Below, in pieces: positions 29,043 through 37,654 of a DNA stretch of 64,000 nt. The DNA lies in assembly GCA_902634765.1 (NCBI GenBank), contig CACPLH010000004.1, forward strand, positions 20,081 through 84,080. The letters run 5' to 3'. A program made the translations under genes and the position numbers. The notes under the pieces were generated by a model. It saw only the letters and a list, made by a program, of their open reading frames with translations, was not told the DNA's origin and ran no database searches. Positions within the stretch are counted from its first letter, which is position 1. Each line of letters starts with the position of its first letter. Source of the stretch: an uncultured Pelagibacteraceae bacterium (GTDB lineage Bacteria; Pseudomonadota; Alphaproteobacteria; Pelagibacterales; AG-422-B15).

Positions 29043-29713
29043 TGACAATAAATAAATCAAACGAGAACCTATTTAATGTTGATGTAAATGCAATTAAGTC
29101 AACTTTAGAAAATGCAAACCAAATACTTAAAGAAGATGGTAAGTCTTTAACTGGTAAATATGAATTACTTCCAACTAACATTGTGCTTGAAAAGGATTTT
29201 GATGAATCGAATGCATATATCGAAGAGAGTGAAAACTTTCTAAATAATTCAAAACAATTTAGATTAGCAAATGGCAAGCCATTTAGAGAAGCTGCAAAAG
29301 TTATAAATGATTATTATAAATTAATAGATGAGCCAATTGAGCAAGAACTAAGAATTGTAAAGGAAAGAATTAATACAAAAGCAAGAGAAGAGTACGAAAT
29401 AAGAAAAGAACATGAAGAAATTGAAGCCGATAAGACATCAGAGGTCTCAAGTCCAATGATTACTTCTTCTGATGGTGAAATTATTGTTGAAGCAAGCCAG
29501 AAAGATACTGATGAGTCAATGGTTGTAGAATTAAATAACCGTAAAGTTAAAATGCATTACAAAGTATCAGGATATGATTTAAAGAATCTAGATTTTAATG
29601 AATTAAAAAGTTATTTCACTGAAGCGTCTATTCTTACAGCATGTAGAAAGCATTTAAAAAATGAAAATAGACAACTTTCTGGAGTTGAATATAAAGCAAT
29701 CGCGGTAGAGTGA
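29042..29713 (+). CDS. Hypothetical coiled-coil protein resembling phage Gam/Gp157-type proteins
   Basis: Helical N-half (R...KPF..AA..I...Y....P) and C-terminal LDF..L..YF....I..A.R......R.L.GV; TAATG coupling to the MTase. Confidence 0.6.
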   Translation: MTINKSNENLFNVDVNAIKSTLENANQILKEDGKSLTGKYELLPTNIVLEKDFDESNAYIEESENFLNNSKQFRLANGKPFREAAKVINDYYKLIDEPIEQELRIVKERINTKAREEYEIRKEHEEIEADKTSEVSSPMITSSDGEIIVEASQKDTDESMVVELNNRKVKMHYKVSGYDLKNLDFNELKSYFTEASILTACRKHLKNENRQLSGVEYKAIAVE

Positions 29714-30249
29714 TTAATTTCTGCAGGCTACTGCAATTAATATTTATTTTGTGCGTATTAAATATAAACTACTCATTATCAGATAATTGTGATGACCAAA
29801 TTTTAGAAATAAAGACAACAAGTGTTCCTGACGAGTTTCAAGCCAAAGTTATACTGAACTCCTTTTTAAAGGAGCGCATAATTGATGACATGTCTCATTG
29901 GTTTACTGAGTCACATTTTCCTTATGGAAACAGTAATGTTTGGCATAAAAGTAATCTTAATACATCAACCATTGATCTCAGTTATTACGGGATAAATGAA
30001 AAATTATTAATGATTTATTATGATAGTCAGAATTATTGTGGGGTAGGCGGTCAATGCTCTACGTACCTTTTAAGAAAAATAAATAATGTTTGGGAAAAAA
30101 TAGACATGTGGCATGAAGTAAAGTGGGAGAAAGTCTATATCAATAGTTGTGATGTTAATAATCTATATATTCAGCTTGATAACGGTAATGATTTTGGAGC
30201 AAAAGGCCCTGATCATGGAAAGTTGATTAATATAAATCTTGTTGAGTAA
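29710..30249 (+). CDS. Hypothetical exported protein with CGVGGQC motif
   Basis: GTGA overlap; N-terminal hydrophobic signal; YCGVGGQCSTYLL. Confidence 0.6.
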   Translation: MINFCRLLQLIFILCVLNINYSLSDNCDDQILEIKTTSVPDEFQAKVILNSFLKERIIDDMSHWFTESHFPYGNSNVWHKSNLNTSTIDLSYYGINEKLLMIYYDSQNYCGVGGQCSTYLLRKINNVWEKIDMWHEVKWEKVYINSCDVNNLYIQLDNGNDFGAKGPDHGKLININLVE

Positions 30250-30271
30250 TATTTGAGGGTTTCATGCTTAC

Positions 30272-30289
30272 TTTCGTGCGAGTAAATTT
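30272..30289 (+). repeat. Right copy of 18-bp direct repeat TTTCGTGCGAGTAAATTT
   Basis: Identical to 23003-23020. Confidence 0.85.
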
Positions 30290-30290
30290 T

Positions 30291-30368
30291 TAAGTTATTG
30301 ATATTCTTTACTAATTTAAAAAAGACTCAAAAAGTGGGGGTTAAAAGATGAGTCTTATCAATGGCTTA
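30291..30368. promoter_or_regulatory. Pair of inverted IHF-consensus sites next to the right repeat
   Basis: TATCAATAACTTA on minus (30291-30303) and TATCAATGGCTTA on plus (30356-30368). Confidence 0.45.
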
Positions 30369-30375
30369 GAGAATA

Positions 30376-31134
30376 TTACTCCCCCATATAAGCTTTTTTA
30401 ACTTCAGCATTAGACTGAATTTCTTCAGGCAGTCCTTCTGCTAATACTTGTCCATAATTCAAAGCAAGAATTCGATCAGAAACTTTATTCACGAAGCTCA
30501 TATCATGTTCAATCATGACTACCGTTATATTTAAAAGATTTTTAATATCTTTGATCCAAAAACCTAAATCAATTGTCTCTTCATTTGTTAAACCAGAAGA
30601 TGGTTCATCTAGAAGTAATAATTTTGGATCAGTTGATAGAGCTCTTGCTAATTCAACATTTTTTCTCACACCGTAAGGTAGGCCGTGAATAGGGGTATCT
30701 CTGTAATGCTGCAAATCTAAAAAATCAATTATTTCTTCAACTTTTAATCGTTGTTCTCTCTCTGATTTTTTTACATGATTAAGAAAAAACATATCAGATA
30801 GGAAACTCGATTTTTTATAAATGTGTCTTCCAAGCAATAAATTTTGAAGCACTGTTGCATTTTCAAATAATTCTAAGTTCTGAAATGTTCGAGCTATACC
30901 AACCTGAGATATTTGATGAGCTTTTAAATTAAGTACGTTCTTGCCATCAAATACAACGTTGCCATTATTGGGTTGATAAATCCGACTGATGACATTGAAT
31001 AGAGTTGACTTACCTGCACCATTTGGGCCGATAATTGTAAATATTTCATTTTGATTTACAGAAAACGAAACATCATTCAAAGCCCTTACTCCTCCAAAGG
31101 TAACTGTAATATTATTGACATCAAAATAACCCAT
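30376..31134 (-). CDS. livG: HAAT-family ABC transporter ATP-binding subunit (LivG-like)
   Basis: GPNGAGKS, RTFQN, LPYG, LLLDEPSSGL, IEHDM. Confidence 0.88.
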   Translation of the reverse strand: MGYFDVNNITVTFGGVRALNDVSFSVNQNEIFTIIGPNGAGKSTLFNVISRIYQPNNGNVVFDGKNVLNLKAHQISQVGIARTFQNLELFENATVLQNLLLGRHIYKKSSFLSDMFFLNHVKKSEREQRLKVEEIIDFLDLQHYRDTPIHGLPYGVRKNVELARALSTDPKLLLLDEPSSGLTNEETIDLGFWIKDIKNLLNITVVMIEHDMSFVNKVSDRILALNYGQVLAEGLPEEIQSNAEVKKAYMGE

Positions 31135-32207
31135 TAGACACGATCACTTTTTGTAAATGTTTTTTGTTTTTTAAATGTTTGTTTTTTATAAGTTGGGAAC
31201 ATTTCAAAAAATAATTTTATTTTTAGCCATCTTCCATAAATTCCAAGTGGTTCATAAAGAATAAAAAGAACTAAAATCAATCCAAATAATAAAGGCTCAA
31301 GCCCAGGTTGGGATCCTATTGATGAAGGTAGATAGTCTCGTCCGATAGCAATCATTTGTGGGAGAGAACCCACAAATATTGCTCCATAAATGGTCCCATG
31401 AAGACTACCCATGCCACCGACAACAATAAGAAGTAATAAGGTTAAAGATAAGAAAATATTAAAAATATCAGGCGCTAAATAACCAATGTAATGAGCAAGA
31501 AGCGCACCAGCCAAACCAGTAAATCCAGCGGAAATAGCAAATGAAAGTGCTTTATATCTCGCTATATTTACCCCAAGAGATTGTGCGGCTATTTCACTAT
31601 CTCTTATTGCAACAAATGCTCTTCCAGTAGGTGACCTGAGAATATTAATAGCTGCAAACATTGATGCAATAAGCGCAATGAGACAGACATAATAGAATGT
31701 TGCACTATCATAGAAGCTAATACCTGCAAATTCGGGAGTTGGAACGACCATACCTCTGTTTCCACCTGTAAAGTGTTCCCATCTTATGAAGACATGTTCA
31801 GCTATAAATCCAAATGCAAGTGTTGCAATAGCTAAATACATTCCAGTTAACCGTAGAATGGGAAATCCAATTGCAGCTCCAACAAAAAAAGAAACGACAA
31901 CTGCTATAATTATTGAATAGTAAAAAGGGATTCCATTGGTAAGCAAAAAGGCATGAGTATAAGCACCAACCCCGAGGAATGCAGCATGACCTAATGAAGC
32001 TAAACCTGTATAACCTGAAAGGATCATTAAGCCTATTCCAGCAATAGCTAAGATAAACACATATGAAAGTTCACCTAAGTAAAAATCGTCAATAAAAAAC
32101 GGCATAATGATCATTGCTGCAACTAATAATCCATAAGAGATGCGATCACCATTGTGACGAACGATATTTATGTCTTGGTCGTAATTTGTTTTAAAAATAA
32201 ATCTCAT
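31134..32207 (-). CDS. livM: HAAT-family ABC permease (LivM-like)
   Basis: GYTGLASLGHAAF, YLAIATLAF, GRAFVAIRDSE, VGGMGS. Confidence 0.88.
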   Translation of the reverse strand: MRFIFKTNYDQDINIVRHNGDRISYGLLVAAMIIMPFFIDDFYLGELSYVFILAIAGIGLMILSGYTGLASLGHAAFLGVGAYTHAFLLTNGIPFYYSIIIAVVVSFFVGAAIGFPILRLTGMYLAIATLAFGFIAEHVFIRWEHFTGGNRGMVVPTPEFAGISFYDSATFYYVCLIALIASMFAAINILRSPTGRAFVAIRDSEIAAQSLGVNIARYKALSFAISAGFTGLAGALLAHYIGYLAPDIFNIFLSLTLLLLIVVGGMGSLHGTIYGAIFVGSLPQMIAIGRDYLPSSIGSQPGLEPLLFGLILVLFILYEPLGIYGRWLKIKLFFEMFPTYKKQTFKKQKTFTKSDRV

Positions 32208-32209
32208 GA

Positions 32210-33091
32210 TTATACTTTTTTAACCTCTGCCTTATCTGAAAATAATCCTCGAGGATAAATGATTAATACAAGCAGCAAAACAAGGTAGGCAGAAATTTCT
32301 CGTATACCTTCGAATAAATAATTCTCATATGTTCCACATAATTGTTCAACAACTCCAATAATTATTCCACCTACAATTGCTCCTGGAATTGATCCAAAGC
32401 CACCAAGTACTGCTGCCGCAAATGCTTTTAATCCAATAAGTGAAATTGACGTGTCAACAAGTGTAATCGGAGCGAGCAAGACGCCAGCTACTGCCGCAAC
32501 TCCCGCTGAAATAGCCCAGATAAGAGAAAAAATTAATTTAACTGGAATTCCCATATAGTAAGCAGCAAGTTGATTTTCTGATGATGCTCTCATCGCCACA
32601 CCAATTTTTGATAACGTGAAAAATAAATAAAGTCCCGTCATCAAAACCATAGTTCCAATAATGATTGATAAGTTTACATATGAAATAATTAATCCATTGA
32701 ACTCAGTAATTTTTCCTGAAAATGGAGTTGCAAAAGAATAAATATCAGTCCCCCAGAAAATTGAAGCAAACCCTCTAAATACAAATCCCAAACCAATGGT
32801 CAACATGACAGTTGCAAATGGGGGTTGGCCGATGACCTGTCTGATAACAACTGTATCGAGTGCAAAACCAAAGGAGCCAATAATTAGCACTGTTAATAGG
32901 AATCCTAGTATGTATGGCAATTCAAAAACGCCAATGAGTGAAAACGCAACAAAAGCACCCAACATTAAGATGTCACCTTGGGCAAAATTAATGGTTTCAG
33001 TTGCTTTGTAGATTAAGACAAAACCAAGAGCCACCAATCCATAAATACAGCCAGAGGCTATTCCATCAATTAATAACTGAATCAATGACAT
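32210..33091 (-). CDS. livH: HAAT-family ABC permease (LivH-like)
   Basis: YGLVALGFVLIYK, INFAQG, AMRA, LKAFAAAVLGGFGS. Confidence 0.88.
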   Translation of the reverse strand: MSLIQLLIDGIASGCIYGLVALGFVLIYKATETINFAQGDILMLGAFVAFSLIGVFELPYILGFLLTVLIIGSFGFALDTVVIRQVIGQPPFATVMLTIGLGFVFRGFASIFWGTDIYSFATPFSGKITEFNGLIISYVNLSIIIGTMVLMTGLYLFFTLSKIGVAMRASSENQLAAYYMGIPVKLIFSLIWAISAGVAAVAGVLLAPITLVDTSISLIGLKAFAAAVLGGFGSIPGAIVGGIIIGVVEQLCGTYENYLFEGIREISAYLVLLLVLIIYPRGLFSDKAEVKKV

Positions 33092-33239
33092 ATAATTATA
33101 AGTTAATCCTTTTTATGAATATTAGAATAGTTATTCAATCGCGACTTTATAATGAAATCCAGTTTTCTGGTATAAAAATTTAGCTTTTATTCAAGCATGA
33201 ATCATTCTTAAATATCGCTTAAATTAAGGGGAGAACTAT

Positions 33240-34046
33240 ATGTTTAAAACTGACGATAGAGTCGTACAGATTTGTTTAGCGATTTCTTACACGATCCTTG
33301 CAATGTACGCATTTATAAACTTTTTTAACCCAGCATACATTATTGATCAATATCCATCACTAGAGTCGAATGATACGACTATATTTTTCTTAATCTGGTA
33401 TGGAATGATGAATTTTGGTGCTGTAGCTGGTATTATCTATATGGGCTACAAAGGGTTAGACCGCGCATACTTTGCTTACGCAATTCCATTATCACTATTA
33501 TTTGTTTGGTGGGGATATTCTGGACAAGCATCTTTAGAGGCTGATGAGCAAAGATGGGCTGCAACAATATTGTTTGCTGTTAACTTCCTTGCGCTAGTTA
33601 TCGCTAGGGTAAAAGGAATGGGTGCATTTAATATTGATAAAGCTGACTCTGCTTGGGGAACTGATGATAAAATTGTTCAGGTTATTCTGTATCTGGCTAT
33701 CATTGGCCAAGTAGTGTTCATCATTCAGTATTTTGTCAATCCAGCTGGTTTCATCGAGCAAACGCCTGGCCTTGAAATGTCAGAAACTGCTCAGAGATTT
33801 GCAGATGGACTAATGTACTTTGCAGTCGCATGGACTATTACACTGCTTTATCAATTCAGATGTGGTTATAGCATGACTATGATTGTAACTGGACTTGTTA
33901 TATCAGTGATGTTCTTTGCTATGATGCTTAATTTCCAGGTCAGTGGTGCTGTAGAAGATGGTGGTAACGCTCAACTAACAGCTGTTGTAATTGGTAACTT
34001 TGTCGGAAGTCTAATCTTATTCTTTAGACTTCAAAGTCAACATTAA
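33240..34046 (+). CDS. Hypothetical membrane protein, internally duplicated (2 x 4-TM)
   Basis: TDDRVVQI...NPAYIIDQYPSLE vs TDDKIVQV...NPAGFIEQTPGLE; strong GGGGAG RBS. Confidence 0.8.
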   Translation: MFKTDDRVVQICLAISYTILAMYAFINFFNPAYIIDQYPSLESNDTTIFFLIWYGMMNFGAVAGIIYMGYKGLDRAYFAYAIPLSLLFVWWGYSGQASLEADEQRWAATILFAVNFLALVIARVKGMGAFNIDKADSAWGTDDKIVQVILYLAIIGQVVFIIQYFVNPAGFIEQTPGLEMSETAQRFADGLMYFAVAWTITLLYQFRCGYSMTMIVTGLVISVMFFAMMLNFQVSGAVEDGGNAQLTAVVIGNFVGSLILFFRLQSQH

Positions 34047-34061
34047 TTAGGGGAGGTATAT

Positions 34062-34484
34062 ATGATAAAATTAGAAGATAATGTATCAGTTGTCATAATA
34101 TGTTTTGTAACGTTTATGGCTATTTTTTATTCATTTATGTTTTTAGGCGATAATTTTGCTGCAGCATTTATGGAAAGAACCGGCGGCGCTCCTCCAAATG
34201 AAGCTACGTTATTTTGGATGGGATCATGGGGATATATTTATTTATCACTAGCGGTTGGAAACATAATGGCTTTATTAGTACCAGCAAGTGAAAGTAGAGT
34301 TTATTTCCGAGCAATGACTTTCCTTGCTTTTGTTTCTTTGTTAAGAGCGTTGGGCAATACAATTGTTGCTGAGGGAGATGTGTTTCTTCCACCATTAATT
34401 GCATCGTTCATAGTAGCAATTGCTTTCTCAGTTGTTCTATCAAGAACAAAATCTAGGGCAGGCGCACACTTCGGCTGGCTCTAA
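34062..34484 (+). CDS. Hypothetical 4-TM membrane protein, probable single-domain relative of the upstream gene
   Basis: GGGGAGG RBS; EDNV.V start and PNEATLFWMGSWG resemble TDDRVV and SNDTTIFFLIWYG. Confidence 0.75.
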   Translation: MIKLEDNVSVVIICFVTFMAIFYSFMFLGDNFAAAFMERTGGAPPNEATLFWMGSWGYIYLSLAVGNIMALLVPASESRVYFRAMTFLAFVSLLRALGNTIVAEGDVFLPPLIASFIVAIAFSVVLSRTKSRAGAHFGWL

Positions 34485-34495
34485 ACCTTTAATTT

Positions 34496-34531
34496 AAAAC
34501 CCTCTGCTTAATTCATAGCAGGGGGTTTTTT
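34496..34531 (+). terminator. Rho-independent terminator
   Basis: AAAACCCTCTGCT-loop-AGCAGGGGGTTTT running into a T tract. Confidence 0.8.
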
Positions 34532-34581
34532 ATTTAATTTTTTATCTTTTTTTATTGATCTCAGTCAGCTATCATTTTCTT

Positions 34582-35475
34582 ATGAAAGTACTTAGAACGC
34601 CCAGTGAATGTTTCGACAACTTAAAAGATTATTCTTTTCAAGAAAACTTTATCAACATTGAAGTTGGTGAAGGCGTAACTGCACGAATGCATTATGTTGA
34701 TGAAAACTCTGAGAGCTCAGATGTTGTCTTATTGCTTCATGGAGAGCCAACCTGGTCTTACTTATACCGCCATATGATACCTATATTAGCTAAAGCTGGT
34801 AAAAGAGTGATAGCTCCAGATCTAATTGGTTTTGGTAAGTCTGATAAATTATCTGAGCGGACTGATTATACATATGAACGTCACGTAGCCTGGACCAGAA
34901 ACATTATTGAACAATTAAATTTAACTAATATTACTTTCTTTGGTCAAGATTGGGGTGGCTTAATTGGTTTGAGATTAGTTGCTGATATGCCTGATGCATT
35001 CAATGGAATGGTTCTATCAAATACAGGGCTTCCGATTGGAAAAGGTGCATCTGAAGGATTTGACTCATGGAAAAATTTTTGTGAAACAGTTGAAAAGTTT
35101 AATAGTGGTAGAGTTGTATTTGGTGGTTGTGTCAGCAAGATCGATGAAGATGAAACTGCTGCTTATAATGCACCATTTCCAGATGATACTTATCTTGCAT
35201 GTGCAAGACATTTTCCAAGCTTAGTACCTCTAAGTCCAGATAATGAAGCTGTGCAAGATAATATTGATGCATGGGAGAAGCTTAAAAAATTTGACAAACC
35301 AACTCTGACATTATTTGGTTCTGAAGATAAGATCTTTCTTGGTGGTGAGAAAATTCTTCAAAAACTTATTCCTGGCGCTCAGAACATGGATCACAAACTA
35401 ATTAATGCAGGTCACTTTTCGCAAGAAGATCAACCAGAAGAGCTCTCACAAGGGATTATCAGTATAAATAGTTGA
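34582..35475 (+). CDS. Haloalkane dehalogenase family alpha/beta hydrolase
   Basis: LRTP, HGEPTWSYLYR, PDLIGFGKSDK, nucleophile QDWGG, AGHFSQED; ATG at 34582 preferred. Confidence 0.88.
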   Translation: MKVLRTPSECFDNLKDYSFQENFINIEVGEGVTARMHYVDENSESSDVVLLLHGEPTWSYLYRHMIPILAKAGKRVIAPDLIGFGKSDKLSERTDYTYERHVAWTRNIIEQLNLTNITFFGQDWGGLIGLRLVADMPDAFNGMVLSNTGLPIGKGASEGFDSWKNFCETVEKFNSGRVVFGGCVSKIDEDETAAYNAPFPDDTYLACARHFPSLVPLSPDNEAVQDNIDAWEKLKKFDKPTLTLFGSEDKIFLGGEKILQKLIPGAQNMDHKLINAGHFSQEDQPEELSQGIISINS

Positions 35476-35519
35476 GCCCCTCTTTACTAGAAAGATAGAG
35501 GATTATAGAGAAGCTCAAC
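35471..35519 (-). other. Strand-specific RNA hairpin (possible sRNA 3' end or terminator)
   Basis: On minus strand GUUGAGCUUCUCU pairs with AGAGGGGCUCAAC (13 bp including 2 G-U; these are C-A mismatches on plus). Confidence 0.4.
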
Positions 35520-35598
35520 ATGTATTTTTAAAAAGAAGGGCTTAATAAAAAGATATTAAAAATACACTTTAATGATGTTTATTTTATATTTAAACATC

Positions 35599-35627
35599 AT
35601 GACACATTTATTAAACATTTGTTAAGA
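35599..35627 (-). promoter_or_regulatory. Putative Pho box array facing leftward
   Basis: Minus strand TCTTAAC-aaat-GTTTAAT-aaat-GTGTCAT, 11-bp period, with TAAAAT downstream at 35586-35581. Confidence 0.4.
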
Positions 35628-35818
35628 TAAATAAGTTAAGTAACTTAATACCTGAAGTTTTCCGTTTATTATAGATAATTCTTTTTTAATAATTTCTACT
35701 TAACCAGCGTTTGATATTATTTTTGACTTATTGCATATGTAAAATTTATGCATTTGTTGTAACAATTGATTAATATTTTTTCTGTAAAACAGACATAATT
35801 GATTCTTTTTTTATATCT

Positions 35819-36643
35819 ATGTCTACTAACAACATAATTCCTTTACTAAAATATAGAACAATTTTTATTTCTGATTTGCATTTAGGCTCTAAAGGATGTC
35901 AGTCCTCAATGCTTTTAGATTTTTTAAGAAATACAAGATCAGATTATCTATATCTCGTTGGAGACATTATTGATGGCTGGAGATTAAAAAATAAATGGTT
36001 CTGGCCACAAGAACATAATGATGTTGTTCAGAAAATTCTTAGAAAAGCAAGGCATGGTACAAAAGTATACTACGTTTCTGGAAATCATGATGAGTTAGTC
36101 AGAAAATTCGTACCCATAAACCTGGGTGAAGTAAATATTGTAAATGAAACTATACATATTACAGCAGATAATAAAAAATTATTAATACTTCATGGTGATA
36201 AATTTGATGCAATCATAAGAGTTGCTCCATGGTTAGCTCATTTGGGTGACTATGCTTATGACTTTGCACTTTGGACAAATGTTACACTCAATAAAATAAG
36301 AAAAAGGCTTGGTTATAAATATTGGTCATTATCAAAATTCTTAAAATTAAAAGTCAAAAAAGCTGTGTCATATATTAATAGGTATGAAGAAGTTGTAGCA
36401 AATTATGCATATAAAAAAAATATGGATGGTGTGGTTTGTGGGCACATTCATCACGCATCAGATAAGATAATTGGTGATATACATTATTATAATGATGGTG
36501 ATTGGGTAGAAAATTGCTCTGCCTTAGTTGAGCATTTTGATGGCAAGCTAGAACTGATATATTGGAAAGATATTATTGAGAAATATGAGGGCTCTCAATT
36601 ATCACCTCCAGATTATTTAATCAATAGTACTAATTCATTTTGA
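35819..36643 (+). CDS. plcP: PlcP phospholipase C (LpxH-like metallophosphoesterase, P-starvation lipid remodelling)
   Basis: SDLHLG, GDIIDGW, WPQEHNDVVQK, GNHD, HGD, CGHIH, NDGDWVE; adjacent GT4 gene and Pho context. Confidence 0.82.
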   Translation: MSTNNIIPLLKYRTIFISDLHLGSKGCQSSMLLDFLRNTRSDYLYLVGDIIDGWRLKNKWFWPQEHNDVVQKILRKARHGTKVYYVSGNHDELVRKFVPINLGEVNIVNETIHITADNKKLLILHGDKFDAIIRVAPWLAHLGDYAYDFALWTNVTLNKIRKRLGYKYWSLSKFLKLKVKKAVSYINRYEEVVANYAYKKNMDGVVCGHIHHASDKIIGDIHYYNDGDWVENCSALVEHFDGKLELIYWKDIIEKYEGSQLSPPDYLINSTNSF

Positions 36644-37650
36644 AAATATTAGTAGCAACTGACGCTTGGGCCCCTCAGACTAACGGAGTAGTTAGAACAT
36701 ATGAAACTCTTGGTAAATACCTAATATTAGAAGATCATGATCTATTTTTCATTACGCCTGATATGTTTTTTTCAATTCCATTGATTACATATCCTGAAAT
36801 TAGATTAGCGATTAATGCCTGGTTCAGTGTTGGAAAAAAAATCAGAAATTTCAAACCCGATATAATTCATATAGCTACAGAAGGACCAATAGGTCTAGCA
36901 ACTCGAAATTATTGCACAAGACATAAACTCCCGTTTACAACTGCTTATTGTACTAAATTTCCCGAGTATATTTATGAGCGATTCAGAGTCCCACTTTCTT
37001 TTACTTATAAAATCATCAAATGGTTTCATAAAAACTCTTATAATATTCTTGTAACTACGGAAACAATAAGAAATGAGTTAAAAGTTCGTGGAATAACTAA
37101 TACTACCGAGTGGACGAGAGGCGTTGATCTTAGACAATTTAATCATGAATCTAAGATAGACCTTAAATTTAAGAAGCCTATTTATCTCTACGTTGGACGA
37201 GTTTCTGTTGAAAAATCAATTGATGATTTTTTAGATCTCGAACTTGATGGAACAAAGTTAGTTGTAGGTGATGGACCTTATAGAAAAAAACTTGAAAAAA
37301 AATACAAAAAAAATTCTGTATTTGTTGGTGCAAAATTTGGTAAAGAATTAGCATCTTATTATGCATCATCTGACGTTTTCGTTTTTCCATCCAAATCAGA
37401 TACATTTGGCATGGTTATGATAGAGGCATTAGCATGTGGAATACCAGTTGCAGCATATCCAGTACCAGGACCATTAGATATTTTTAGTAATTCAGATATT
37501 AATGTACTTGATAAAAATCTTGAAATATCAATTTCTAGAGCTCTTCAAATAGACTCTCAAGAATGTATAGACCATGCTAAGAAATTCACTTGGGAAAATT
37601 GTGCAAAGCAGTTTATGACATCACAAAAAAAAATTGAGTATCAACAGTAA
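36640..37650 (+). CDS. agt: GT4 glycosyltransferase (Agt-like glycolipid synthase)
   Basis: TDAWAPQTNGVVRT, HIATEGPIG, VGRVSVEK, FPSKSDTFGMVMIEALACG; coupled to plcP. Confidence 0.78.
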   Translation: MKILVATDAWAPQTNGVVRTYETLGKYLILEDHDLFFITPDMFFSIPLITYPEIRLAINAWFSVGKKIRNFKPDIIHIATEGPIGLATRNYCTRHKLPFTTAYCTKFPEYIYERFRVPLSFTYKIIKWFHKNSYNILVTTETIRNELKVRGITNTTEWTRGVDLRQFNHESKIDLKFKKPIYLYVGRVSVEKSIDDFLDLELDGTKLVVGDGPYRKKLEKKYKKNSVFVGAKFGKELASYYASSDVFVFPSKSDTFGMVMIEALACGIPVAAYPVPGPLDIFSNSDINVLDKNLEISISRALQIDSQECIDHAKKFTWENCAKQFMTSQKKIEYQQ

Positions 37651-37654
37651 GCTA

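Larger units (their letters stand above)
23003..30289. mobile_element. Putative integrated genomic islet (about 7.3 kb), no integrase inside
   Basis: Exact 18-bp direct repeats at both ends; IHF-consensus sites at the right end and internally; MTase/ATPase/hypothetical cargo; unusually long intergenic regions. Confidence 0.55.

Noticed and set aside
35819..36643. LpxH lipid A enzyme call
   Set aside because: Coupling to a GT4 gene and the Pho-island context fit PlcP better
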